From contig CAWBHS010000057.1 of NCBI GenBank assembly GCA_963788655.1, forward strand, positions 1 through 64,000: a stretch of DNA of 64,000 nt. Reading direction: 5' to 3'. The notes under the pieces were generated by a model. That model made no database searches and had not been told where the DNA came from. It saw only the letters and a program-made list of their open reading frames with translations. This stretch comes from an uncultured Verrucomicrobiae bacterium (GTDB taxonomy: Bacteria; Verrucomicrobiota; Verrucomicrobiia; Limisphaerales; JAFGQR01). A program made the position numbers and the translations under genes. Of the stretch, positions 54,401 to 64,000 are shown piece by piece; position 1 is the first letter of the stretch, and each line of letters starts with the position of its first letter.

Positions 54401-54748
54401 CGTTGTGTCTTCGATGGTGAAGGTCTGGGTGCAGTTCACGGAGGCGCCTGAATTGTCCAGGAGGTTGTGGGTGCGAATCAAGGTCGCTCCTGAAGGGCCG
54501 CGCACCAGCGGGCCGTCGGAAGACGAGTAACTGGCGGAGCAGTCCCCGGTCACTGAACCGCCGGCGGCCAGGAATTCTTCGAAGTCCCGCGGGCGGGGAG
54601 GAATTTCCGTCGCGCATTGCACGTTCAAATCGGCCGGACACCGAATCACGCAGGACGTCGCGACTGTGCCAGGCCCAGGCGAGGCCGGCCAAGCCAGCGG
54701 CACGCTCAACAGCAAGACGCTGATGGCCGCAGAAATTATGTTTCGCAT
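39408..54748 (-). CDS. Giant (~5,100 aa) Cys-rich HYR-type repeat surface protein, split by frameshifts near 54147 and 48211
   Basis: Signal peptide at 54748, then roughly 40 86-aa units (AP.IT.CP.D.T.A.DA.C.A..PDL.....ATDNC......TQ.P.AG......T.VT.TV.D..GN...C). C-terminal DUF11-like domains and an HTSCS.PL domain. Confidence 0.9.
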
Positions 54749-54931
54749 GGTCCGATAGCTGAGTTGGGTTGTGTCCGCGGCGATTGTCTAGCCGCAGAAC
54801 AATTGCTTGTCATTTCAAGACCCAGCCCTGATTTGACCGGGCCGGCCGGCAAGCACGCGGGAGCCGGCGACTGACTTCCTTGTCATTTCTCGAGGATCAT
54901 CCCCTATGAGCCCCGGCGCGTCAATGATCGG

Positions 54932-56381
54932 TTATTGGCCGGCCAGGTGGCAGTAGATTTCTTCGTAGAGCTGGGTTGTGCGTTCCCAGGAGAAGTCGGC
55001 CTGCATGGCGTTGCGGCGGAACTGCTGGAGCAATTCAGGGCATTCGTATAACGCCATTGCTTTCTGCATCGCCTTGACCAAGGCCGGCACGGCATAGCGG
55101 GTGAACTTGATGCCGGTGGCCCGGTCCAGATCTTCCCGCAAGTCAATCACGGTATCGTCCAGGCCGCCGGTTTTGCGCACGACGGGGATGGTGCCGTAGC
55201 GCAAGCTGTACATCTGGTTCAAACCGCACGGTTCGAACTGCGACGGCATCAGGAAGAAATCCGCGCCCGCTTCGATGCGGTGCGAAAGGCCCTGGTCAAA
55301 GGCAATATTCACCGACGCTTTGTCCGGGTGCCGCGCCGCCAGTTGACGAAAAGCTTCTTCATAGGCGGACAATCCGGTTCCCAACAGCACAAATTGGAAA
55401 TCGGCCGTCAGCATTTCCTCCAACGCCTCCAGCAGGATGTCGATCCCTTTCTGCTCGGCAAGCCGGGTTATGCTGGCGAAGAGGGGCACATTGGGTTTGA
55501 TGGGGAGTTTAAGTTCCGCCTGCAAGCGCGCTTTCTCCGCTTGCTTGCCACTCAGATCGTCAGCGTCGTAGGCGTTTTGAAGATAGGGATTGTTGCGGGT
55601 GTTCCACTCGTCGTAGTCCACGCCATTCAGCACGCCGCGGATGATCCCGTTGCGCCGCAGCAACACACCGTGCAGGCCGCAACCCAACAGCGGGGTGGTG
55701 ATTTCGACGGCGTAACGCGGGCTGACGGTTGTGACCATGTCGGCGAACACCAGGCCGGTTTTCAGCAGGCTGAATTGACCGTAGAATTCCGCGCCTTCGG
55801 GGTGCAAATACGCCGGCGGCAGATTCGTCAACCCGTAGTCCGCGCGCGGGCAGTTGCCCTGGAAGGTGAGATTGTGAATGGTGCAACAGGTGGCGGGCGA
55901 CCCTGGCCACGACTCACAGGTTCGCTGGTGGTGAATCAGCAAGGGAACCAGCCCGGTCTGCCAGTCGTGGATGTGGACAATCTCCGGCTGCAACGGCAAA
56001 TAGCGCGCGAGGTGGACGACGCACTTCGAGAAGAAGATGAAGCGACGGGCATTGTCGGGATAGTCCACGTCGTGCTCGGTATAGATCGCCGCGCGGTCGA
56101 AGAATTCCGGTTGGTCGATGAAATAGACCGTGACGCCCGGAGAGGGTTGCAGAATAAATACGTCGGCCGGCACGGATTGCGAGCCCAGCGGTATCTCGAG
56201 CTTCCAATCGAACGATCTGCAAACTGGCAAACCGTTCGCGAATGCCCCGGTACAACGGCGTCACAATGCCCACCGTATGCCCGGACCGGCCGAGGAACTT
56301 GGCCAGCGCGGCGGCCATGTCCGCCAGCCCCCCGGTCTTGGAGTAGGGATGCACTTCGCTGCTGGCCAGGAGAATTCTCAT
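54932..56381 (-). CDS. glgA: Glycogen synthase (one frameshift near 56230)
   Basis: [73 protein letters not shown]. Confidence 0.95.
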
Positions 56382-56461
56382 GGAAGGGGGAACGGCGTGG
56401 GGTTGCGGGGAACGGCACCGAGCGCGAGCCTGGACGCTAGCTTGGAAATTTGCCTCCCGTG

Positions 56462-56532
56462 GTTGCCGCCGACGGGAGAAGCCGGTTCCAAAACACCGCG
56501 GCTGTGGTCCGCCTCCTTACGTCGGCGGCTAC
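56462..56532. repeat. REP-like inverted pair between serS and glgA
   Basis: GTTGCCGCCGACGGGAGAAGCCGG paired imperfectly with TCCGCCTCCTTACGTCGGCGGCTAC (56508-56532). Confidence 0.65.
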
Positions 56533-56600
56533 TGCCTGTCGGTGTTTTAATCAGGGAGTGAAACATCTGGGCTGGGAGATCGGCTTCGAGCTAAGCGGCT

Positions 56601-57902
56601 TCACGCGGTGATTCGATTAGTTCGCACGTACGGTTGCAATGGTTCCGGTATCGCAATGCTGCCGTCGGGTTGTTGATGCGTTTCCACCAGGGCCACAAAC
56701 AAACGGGCCAGGGCCGTACCGCTCCCGTTGAGCAGGTGCGGGAAACGGTTTTCACCGGAGCCGGTCTTGTAGCGCAGGTTCATGCGACGCGCCTGGAACT
56801 CCTCGCAATTCGAACAACTGGACACCTCCAGATAGGTCCCCTGCCCCGGCGCCCAGACTTCGAGGTCATACGTTTTGGCGCTGGCAAAACCCATGTCGCC
56901 AGTGCAGAGCAGCACCACCCGATAGTGTAGGCCGAGGAGTTGCAGAATGCGTTCGGCGTAAGTTACCATTTGTTCGAGTTCGTCATAACCGGTTTCGGGT
57001 TTGACGATCTTGATCATCTCCACCTTGTCGAACTGATGCACGCGGATCATCCCGCGCGTGCCCACGCCGGCCGCCCCCGCCTCCGCGCGGAAACAGGGAC
57101 TGTAGGCGCAGTAGTTAACCGGTAACTGGCTTTCCGGCAGGATCTCCTCCCGGTGAATGTTCGCCACCGGCGCTTCGGCGGTGGGAATGAGGTAGAGTTT
57201 GCCCAAGGTTTCCCCGTCCAGTCCTTCCTGCACCGCGTAGGCCTGGTCTTCGAACTTGGGGAACTGGCCCACGCCCACCATGCACTCGCGGCTGATGATG
57301 AACGGCGGCGAAACTTCGGTGAAGCCGTGTTCCTGCGTGTGGAGATCGAGCATGAACTGGGTCAACGCCCGCTCCAGTTTGGCGCCCCAACGGGTGTAGA
57401 GCATGAAGCCGCTGCCTGATAATTTCGCGCCGCGTTCGAAATCCACCAGGCCGAGATCGCGGCACAATTCCGTGTGCGGGCGGGGTTCGAAAGTGAACGA
57501 CGGCTTTTGGCCCCATTCGCGAATGACCGGATTGTCCTCCGCGTTCTTACCCACGGGAACGCTGCGGTGCGGCAGGTTGGGAATGCGCAGGAGCAAGGTT
57601 TCGAGTGACGCTTCGGTGGCGGCCACTTGACGGTCGAGTTCCGTAATGCGATCACCCATCGTGCGCGTTTCGGCTTTCTTGGCTTCGGCTTCCTCGAGGT
57701 TCTTTTGTCCCATCAAGGCGCCGATGTCCTTGGAAATCCGTTTGCGCGCCGCCTTCAACTGCTCCACCTCGGCCAGACACTTCCGGCGTTGTTGGTCCAA
57801 CGCCAGCAGCTCCGCGACCCGGTCCTCGTCGCCGGCGCCGCGGGTGGCCAACCGCTCGCGCACACGTTCCGGGTTTTCGCGTATCAGTTTTATGTCTAGC
57901 AT
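56601..57902 (-). CDS. serS: Serine--tRNA ligase
   Basis: MLDIKLIRENP, LIPTAE, CFRAEAG..G..TRGMIRVHQFDKVE, EVSSCSNC..FQARR, LNGSG.A..R. Confidence 0.98.
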   Translation of the reverse strand: MLDIKLIRENPERVRERLATRGAGDEDRVAELLALDQQRRKCLAEVEQLKAARKRISKDIGALMGQKNLEEAEAKKAETRTMGDRITELDRQVAATEASLETLLLRIPNLPHRSVPVGKNAEDNPVIREWGQKPSFTFEPRPHTELCRDLGLVDFERGAKLSGSGFMLYTRWGAKLERALTQFMLDLHTQEHGFTEVSPPFIISRECMVGVGQFPKFEDQAYAVQEGLDGETLGKLYLIPTAEAPVANIHREEILPESQLPVNYCAYSPCFRAEAGAAGVGTRGMIRVHQFDKVEMIKIVKPETGYDELEQMVTYAERILQLLGLHYRVVLLCTGDMGFASAKTYDLEVWAPGQGTYLEVSSCSNCEEFQARRMNLRYKTGSGENRFPHLLNGSGTALARLFVALVETHQQPDGSIAIPEPLQPYVRTNRITA

Positions 57903-57908
57903 CGGCGG

Positions 57909-57936
57909 ATTATAAAAATCGCCGGGCCGAGGGCAA
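57909..57936 (-). promoter_or_regulatory. Sigma-70 promoter of serS, probably leaderless
   Basis: Minus strand TTGCCC-16-TATAAT, then 6 nt, then ATG. No Shine-Dalgarno sequence. Confidence 0.7.
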
Positions 57937-57949
57937 GGCGGAAGGGCAA

Positions 57950-58087
57950 CCAGTTATGAATGACCAAGGACCAATGGCCAATGGCCAGAGAATGACCAGT
58001 TAATCAGCCGAGGGCCGATCAAAACAGGACTGGGGCCCAGGGATTGGGTCATTCGCGGGTCATTGGACCTTGAGCATTGGAAATTTT
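57950..58087. repeat. Inverted arrays of degenerate heptamers
   Basis: Left arm AATGACC AAGGACC AATGGCC AATGGCC..AATGACC; right arm GGTCATT..GGTCATT..GAGCATT GGAAATT. Confidence 0.7.
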
Positions 58088-58141
58088 CGCGCGGGCGGTT
58101 CCAAACTGCCCGCAGGAGGCCGGCAGCACCTTCGAACCGGC

Positions 58142-61100
58142 TTACTCGGGTACCATGGGAGTGATGATGCGATAGTAACGGCCGCCGTTCATACCCGCGC
58201 TGGGATCACTCACCTGGATGATGTTGGTGCCGGCGGTCGGCGGGAGGTTGGTCCAGTTCACCCACACGGCGTCGCCAAGCTGGTTCACATACTGAATCGT
58301 ATAACCGACCTCCGGCATGGAAGTGAACTCGAGGATGGCTTCGCCGTTGCCGCCATCGGCCAGGCGGACCTTCAGCACGCTGAGCGCATCCTGCGGATCA
58401 GTGTTGGCGAGGAACTCCTGTTCGTTGCTCAGGCCATCCATGTCCGCATCGAGACTGCTGTCGGCGGGATCGGTCGGATCCAAACCGTTCGCCAATTCCC
58501 ATTGGTCCGGCAGGCCGTCGCCATCACAGTCGCCCCAGACGAAGGAGAGCGTGGCCAGTAAGCTCGTGATGGAGCCCATGCCATTGGTAATCACGGCGTG
58601 ATAGCTTCCAGCTTGTTCCGGTTGGGCGGGCGTGAGCACCAAGGTGGCGTTGGTGGCCTCGGCCAGCACATTGGTTTCATTGAAGAACCACTGGTAACTA
58701 TACGGCCCGCCGCCAGCGACGGCCACGGTGAACTCCGCCGCGGGTTCGCAGACGGTCACCTCGACATTGGTCGGTTGCGTGATCACCGAGGGCATCTGGC
58801 GGAGCATCAAGGTCGCCACGTCGCTGGTGACGGCCCCGTAGAGATTGGTGACCACCAGGGTGTAAGCGCCCTCGTTCACTTCTGAAACGCCGCCAATCGA
58901 CAGGTTAGGTGACGTTTCGCCGGTCAGCGGGTTGATCTCGTTGAAGAACCATTGGTAGCTCAACGGGGCCGTGCCGACGGCCACCGGAGTAAAGGTGGCT
59001 GCACCGCCAGGATTCACCACCTGGGCGGCCGGTTGCTGGATGAAGTAAGGCGGTTGCAATACGGTCAGGTTCGCGGCCGGAGGAAAGCCGACCACCGTTC
59101 CGGCGTCGTTCACGATCACAATATCCCATCGGCCCGCGTGCAGATTGGATACCACGTTCGGAATGAGCAGCGTGGACTCGTGCGCGTAGAGCAACATATT
59201 GGTGTAATCGCTGCCATTTCGGCGCCAACGATAGCTGATGGGCAACGTGGCCACGTTGGACACGCCCACGGTAAAGGACACACTGTCACCCGCTACGACG
59301 GTTTGGTTCACCGGGCGGAGGGTCAGGTAAGGTCGGACCAGCACGTCGAGCGCGGCGGGAGCACTCACCACCGCGCCGATGTCATCCGTAATGCGAACCG
59401 AGTACGTGCCGTCGTCCGCCGGGCGCACATGCGCAACGGTCAGGCTGTCGGTGGTGGCGTCGGGAATGTCCGCTCCGTCCTTGAGCCATTGGAAGCTGAT
59501 GGGGCCATTGCCCAACGCGCTCACGTTGAACGTCACGTTCACGTCCGGCGTAATGCTCGTCGGCGTAATGTTCAGGATCACGCTTTGCCCGGCGGGATTG
59601 CTCAGAAGGTTTACCGTTTGTTGAACGGTCAGCATTGCGGCATCGCTGTCCACCGAACCGGCCGGACTCAACACGACCACTTGATAGGCCCCGTCACGCA
59701 CCGATTGAACTGCGGGCAGCAGCAACATGGCATTGGTTTCACCAGGGAGATTGCTGCCGTTGAACCGCCATTGATACGTCAACGGTTCGTCGCCCGTCGC
59801 TGCCACGGTAAACGTGGCGGGCAATCCGGCCACTATGGTCTGGTCCGCCGGCTGCGTGACGATCACCGGCGCCGCCCCACTGGTGTTGGCTTCGGCAGGC
59901 GTCGGTGCCCCATCGGTCCAATTGATTGGATCGTTGCCGTATTGGGTCGCGTCCAGCCGCTGCAAAGAACGCCCAATTCCATCGGCGGCCAATGGCCAAG
60001 GGGCTTGATCCAGGTAATCCACTTTGTCCACCAGGATGTATTCCGGCACCAAGGTATCCAGATCGGGCCGGCCGGGTTTCTTCAGTTCCACGTTGTCCTT
60101 GTCATTGGCAAGCTTGCCGCGGTAGGGCCCCACAATGGGCGCGGCCATGGGCAGATTATACTGCGCCCGGAAGGCGGCTAACAGATCCGCGTCCACGGCC
60201 GGATCAAAACTCACCACCAGCAGGTAACCTTGCGCGGGAATCTCCGTGGCCGGCGCAAAGTCAAAGTCCACGGCATCGCGCAGACGCCAGGCATTGGCCG
60301 GGTAAGCCGGGTCATAAAGCGCCGCCGGCTGGTCGGTAATGTTCTTGAGCTCGACGAACTCGAAATCCTGATTGTCGATGCCACCCGGATAATCCGGCGG
60401 ATGATACATGATTTCATTGATCACCACCGGTCCCACCTTGGGGCCGCTGTTGGTTTGGCCCAAAGTAGCCGAGGCCTGCGCGACGAAGTGTTCCTCGCCG
60501 GTACTGATGACGTAACGACCAAAGGTGACGTTGTCCTCGGCGGGGCCGAACGCGAAACCATGGTAGTAGCCGGTCAGCTCGCCGGCGGCGTCGGCCGAGA
60601 ACAAGTAAATCTCCTCGCCCTCGGCACGCAGCGCAAAACTGGTGGGACTTCCGGGGATGGCATTGAAGTCACTTTCATCCAACACCAGAAATCCGCCGGC
60701 AGCGATGGTGGTGTTCATCGGGAAACGGTATTTTTTGGGCGTGTTAAAATTGTCGGACAAATACCAACCGCCGATATTTGCATCCTGGCTGGAGGGATTG
60801 TGCAGTTCCACTTCGTCCGACGTTGCGGGGATGGTGACGGGCAAGGCTTCGTTGATGACCACCGGCACAAACACCGGCGGCGTGGTTTCGGCCTGCCCGG
60901 GCGAACCGCCCTGGGCGCTGCTCATGCTCCAATTGGCCGAATCATTCCACGCCGCGGACATCGCCGTCGGGTCGTTGAAAACGAGCGAGAATCCTTCACC
61001 ATCCGTTAATGGATACCAGCCATCCCGGTAAGTAAAATCCAGGATGGGTGCGCCCCACGATGACGTAAGCAGGAGGTGCTCGCCGCTATTGGCCAGGGAG

Positions 61101-64000
61101 CCGGTGTATTCGCCGGCGATCCGAAACTCCGTACCATAACGCGACTCAAAGGCGTCCTGATTCTTGACCACCATGATCCGCTCGCCTGGGTCGAGCCAAT
61201 TGGGGCCGTAAGTTTCGAATTGGGCCAACACATTTTCCACGTCGATGTCCAGGTTCAAACCGCCGGAGTGGCCCGCGAATTCGACCCGCGCATCGGCTGG
61301 CGCCAGTCCGGGAATGAACAGATTCGAGACCACATTCAACGGCGTGCCGGGCGTGCCGAAAATGTCCGGCGTCACCACTACGGAAGCCATGCTGCCTTCG
61401 CTGACGTGCGTGAGTTGCAGATGGACGTGATGAAATACGCCGTTATCCAGATCGAGCACCGCCGGCGGAATGAACGCGTTGCCGATGAGCGTCTGGTCCC
61501 AGAACACCCCAACGTCGTTGATGAAGTCCGCGCTGTGGACTTCCAGATTCAAGGCGAACACATGGCTCAGGCGGGGCTGGCCGACAAAATCGCTGAGCGT
61601 CGAACCGGCCCCGCTGGCGCCGAATTGGTTCACCGGCAGGAGGAGCATCGACAATCCGCCGGCCGGGACCAGGTCATTGAGGTACTCTACGTGGATGTTG
61701 TCCAAATCCTGTACCGCCGACGAACCGCCGGTGCGGGCCCCGAACGCCAACCGGTTCTCGAACATGCCCAGCCCCGAAAGCTGGTATTCATCGAACAGCG
61801 TCTCGGCGGTCGTGTTACCGCTGTGAACGTCGGGAGTAATTTTGACGGTCACGTAGAGATTGCCGCCGGAGAAGTTGAACACGATTTCGGCCCGATGGAA
61901 TTGTCCCGACGCCAGGCTGAACGTCGGAGTCGCATCCGCCACCTTGGCCCCGTTACGGTGCAGCGAAATGTGGTTCGCATTGGGATCCATCGGGGAGCCG
62001 TTATTGTAAATGTCGAAGCCGATCCCCAGGCTGCCAGGCAAGGCGACTTCCTCGCCGAAACCGGTCGCCGCCGCCCCGGTAATGCCGTAGGTGGAAGTGC
62101 TTAACAGTGCCAGCCCCATTCCGTCAGCCGCCCCGTCAATGCGAAAGTCAAAATTAATCCGGATGTACGAAGCCGGTCCGGGATTGGCCCGGTCGAAGAA
62201 GAGGCCGGCCGATTCGTCATTGGTGGCCGTGGTCAACCGCAAGAAACTGCCGTCGGAACCGCTGTCGGCCGGCAGCACGGCCGCCGGGACTTCACCCGAA
62301 TAGTTGGTCAAAACATACGTTGAGCCAGGTTGATCAAAGTCCAGGTCCAACGGCGCGCCAACCGTCGGCGGCGCGGAGGCATTGTTGACCCGAAAATCAA
62401 AATCGGCGGTAACCACGTCGAAGGCGCCGGTAGCGGTCTGATCAAACGCAATCCGATCGCGATTGGTGCCGGTGTCTTGTTGCACCAACCGTAGGAAATC
62501 GCCCGCCGGCCCGCCATTCGTCACCATCGCGCCCGGACCTTCGCCCAGCGTCGAAAGCGCAAAGGCGGTTCCGGCCTCGTCGAAGTTATTCGTCGTCAGC
62601 TCGCCAATCTCCACGGGCGGACCCGCCGGGAAGTTGAAATACACGCCATCGGCCAGACGCATCCCGGTCAGATCGATCGGATCCGTACCCGGATTCATAA
62701 ACTCGAGGAATTCATAATCTTCTTCCGTGTAATTGGTGTCGCTCGAACCGGCCGGATGATACATCAGTTCGGTCAGCGCCAGCAGCGGCGCGTAGTCCCC
62801 AAATTTGGCCTTGGTCGGCGGGCTCCAATCACTGGTCTGCCACGCGCGGGCGACGATGCGCGCGTCCGGCGCCGGCACGAAACTGCCCGCGTAGGCGATG
62901 GCGTGGGGTGAAAGTTCGCCGCCGGGCAAACGCGGGTCGCTGCCGTCGGTCGTGTAATAGATCGTTCCTGCCAACGCGCTCATGCTGAGCGGCACGTCCG
63001 TTCGCCCTCCGTTTCGGCTGAAATCAGGTGCGTGTAAAAACTGGCTGTCAATCCAGGCATAGCGGCCTGTGATGAACTTTTTCAACTCGCCGATGATGCC
63101 CGCATACGTGGTGGGATTCTGGTAATCCACACTCCAGCCGCTGGCCGCGCCATTGGGATTGGGCCAGACGTAAGTGCCGAGCCGCGGCCAGCGCGCAAAA
63201 TCGCGGGCCTGGGCTTCATTCAGGTAGTTGGTGATTTCATCCACTCGCGCCAGGAGATTGGAGGGCTGGAACAACCCCGTCCGCAATTCGCCCCAGCGAT
63301 CGATGATCTTCTGTTTGAAATCCGGATCACCGGGCCCGTCGTTAACCGACGCAGCATCGATGTTAGGCTGACCGTAAATCAACCGGCGCAACCAGATATG
63401 TTCGGCGGGGCCGATGCCTTCATTCTGGGGATTGTCGGGGCCCAAGTTCCAATACCAGCCGTTGGTCATGCCGCCGCGCAAGTAATTCGCATTGCCGAAG
63501 CTCAGGTTCCAATCCCAAACCGGCTCCATCTTGATTTTGCCTTCGCGGTCCTTGCTCATGTAATTGCTAAGCCGGTAGCCGTCAATCTGTTTGGGAAACT
63601 CAACCAGCCAGTGGTAATCGACAAAGGAATCAACATCAATGTACTGCGCGTAACCGTTGACGGGATCGCGCCAATTCGCGCCGTACAGCGTCCGCTCGAA
63701 GGCGTCGAGATAATTGACCAGCCATTGGCGTTGCGGAATGGTAAGAGATACGTCGGGATCATGATACTTGAGCGCCTCGGCGGGAAAACCGTTGCCGCCC
63801 ACGGTGGAGAAATTGATGTCGCCCGGACTGTCTTTGTCCTTCTTCCAAATATAGCCCCCGGAGATTTTGGGTTCGGTGTCGTCTTCCGGTTGCAACCGCG
63901 CCAGATCCACCCGGTCGGGACCAATCTTGATCTTCTCGAGCAGCACGTAGATACCGGCGTAGTCGTTGGTGCCTACTTTTCCCGAAGGATCGGGGGTGCC
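58142..64000 (-). CDS. CotH-kinase / lamin-tail / lectin / Ig multidomain surface protein (5' end outside the window)
   Basis: GIYVLLEKIK, IDVDSF.DY, DGYRLS.Y, WDWNLSFGNA (CotH); IYYTTDGSDPR; three lamin-tail domains (ELMYHP, VVINE); Ig repeats (YQW..NG); DGDGLPD.WE..NG; C-terminus RYYRI. Confidence 0.9.
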   Translation of the reverse strand, partial: GTPDPSGKVGTNDYAGIYVLLEKIKIGPDRVDLARLQPEDDTEPKISGGYIWKKDKDSPGDINFSTVGGNGFPAEALKYHDPDVSLTIPQRQWLVNYLDAFERTLYGANWRDPVNGYAQYIDVDSFVDYHWLVEFPKQIDGYRLSNYMSKDREGKIKMEPVWDWNLSFGNANYLRGGMTNGWYWNLGPDNPQNEGIGPAEHIWLRRLIYGQPNIDAASVNDGPGDPDFKQKIIDRWGELRTGLFQPSNLLARVDEITNYLNEAQARDFARWPRLGTYVWPNPNGAASGWSVDYQNPTTYAGIIGELKKFITGRYAWIDSQFLHAPDFSRNGGRTDVPLSMSALAGTIYYTTDGSDPRLPGGELSPHAIAYAGSFVPAPDARIVARAWQTSDWSPPTKAKFGDYAPLLALTELMYHPAGSSDTNYTEEDYEFLEFMNPGTDPIDLTGMRLADGVYFNFPAGPPVEIGELTTNNFDEAGTAFALSTLGEGPGAMVTNGGPAGDFLRLVQQDTGTNRDRIAFDQTATGAFDVVTADFDFRVNNASAPPTVGAPLDLDFDQPGSTYVLTNYSGEVPAAVLPADSGSDGSFLRLTTATNDESAGLFFDRANPGPASYIRINFDFRIDGAADGMGLALLSTSTYGITGAAATGFGEEVALPGSLGIGFDIYNNGSPMDPNANHISLHRNGAKVADATPTFSLASGQFHRAEIVFNFSGGNLYVTVKITPDVHSGNTTAETLFDEYQLSGLGMFENRLAFGARTGGSSAVQDLDNIHVEYLNDLVPAGGLSMLLLPVNQFGASGAGSTLSDFVGQPRLSHVFALNLEVHSADFINDVGVFWDQTLIGNAFIPPAVLDLDNGVFHHVHLQLTHVSEGSMASVVVTPDIFGTPGTPLNVVSNLFIPGLAPADARVEFAGHSGGLNLDIDVENVLAQFETYGPNWLDPGERIMVVKNQDAFESRYGTEFRIAGEYTGSLANSGEHLLLTSSWGAPILDFTYRDGWYPLTDGEGFSLVFNDPTAMSAAWNDSANWSMSSAQGGSPGQAETTPPVFVPVVINEALPVTIPATSDEVELHNPSSQDANIGGWYLSDNFNTPKKYRFPMNTTIAAGGFLVLDESDFNAIPGSPTSFALRAEGEEIYLFSADAAGELTGYYHGFAFGPAEDNVTFGRYVISTGEEHFVAQASATLGQTNSGPKVGPVVINEIMYHPPDYPGGIDNQDFEFVELKNITDQPAALYDPAYPANAWRLRDAVDFDFAPATEIPAQGYLLVVSFDPAVDADLLAAFRAQYNLPMAAPIVGPYRGKLANDKDNVELKKPGRPDLDTLVPEYILVDKVDYLDQAPWPLAADGIGRSLQRLDATQYGNDPINWTDGAPTPAEANTSGAAPVIVTQPADQTIVAGLPATFTVAATGDEPLTYQWRFNGSNLPGETNAMLLLPAVQSVRDGAYQVVVLSPAGSVDSDAAMLTVQQTVNLLSNPAGQSVILNITPTSITPDVNVTFNVSALGNGPISFQWLKDGADIPDATTDSLTVAHVRPADDGTYSVRITDDIGAVVSAPAALDVLVRPYLTLRPVNQTVVAGDSVSFTVGVSNVATLPISYRWRRNGSDYTNMLLYAHESTLLIPNVVSNLHAGRWDIVIVNDAGTVVGFPPAANLTVLQPPYFIQQPAAQVVNPGGAATFTPVAVGTAPLSYQWFFNEINPLTGETSPNLSIGGVSEVNEGAYTLVVTNLYGAVTSDVATLMLRQMPSVITQPTNVEVTVCEPAAEFTVAVAGGGPYSYQWFFNETNVLAEATNATLVLTPAQPEQAGSYHAVITNGMGSITSLLATLSFVWGDCDGDGLPDQWELANGLDPTDPADSSLDADMDGLSNEQEFLANTDPQDALSVLKVRLADGGNGEAILEFTSMPEVGYTIQYVNQLGDAVWVNWTNLPPTAGTNIIQVSDPSAGMNGGRYYRIITPMVPE

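Noticed and set aside
42500..54450. Regular series of ~82-aa plus-strand ORFs resembling a small-gene array
   Set aside because: These are antisense shadows of the 258-bp coding repeats, ending at the TGA complementary to the GAT-CA of the Asp-Gln codons.
54840..54875. Sigma-54 promoter for the giant repeat gene
   Set aside because: The GG-to-GC spacing does not fit the strict -24/-12 rule.
56387..56416. GGGGAACGGC twice, similar to part of a type I-E CRISPR repeat
   Set aside because: Only two 10-bp copies 20 bp apart, with no spacers and no cas genes. No CRISPR array was seen in the window.

Overview
GC-rich bacterial chromosomal DNA, most likely Verrucomicrobiota (Pedosphaerales/Limisphaerales-like, inferred from protein styles and repeat families). 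Many single-base frameshifts occur, even in rpoD, so most look like long-read errors. In order: (1) secreted LamG/Ig proteins; (2) a DUF1593 gene followed by a probable oxidative D-apiose cluster (apsD, apnO, oiaC, ABC transporter, apnL); (3) a 2.5-kb patchwork of gene fragments in which only two GIY-YIG nuclease genes look intact; (4) a ~4.7-kb phage-derived element ending at the 3' end of tRNA-Ile2(CAT), with a helical protein, a major capsid protein, a short tape-measure-like protein, an excisionase-like HTH and higBA, but no integrase, terminase or portal; (5) a response regulator, rpoD and a DUF4091 hydrolase; (6) a cell-envelope block in which two sigma-54 promoters share a TGGG-N8-CCCA upstream palindrome, one driving a coiled-coil protein/OM barrel/sensor kinase/propeller unit and one a Calx-beta/Ig protein; (7) a ~5,100-aa HYR-type repeat protein; (8) glgA, serS and a CotH/lamin-tail protein with nested lectin domains. 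The best candidates for undescribed systems are the capsid plus mini-tape-measure element, the sigma-54 envelope regulon, and a C-terminal domain shared by five unrelated secreted proteins. All family assignments come from motif recognition, not database searches.
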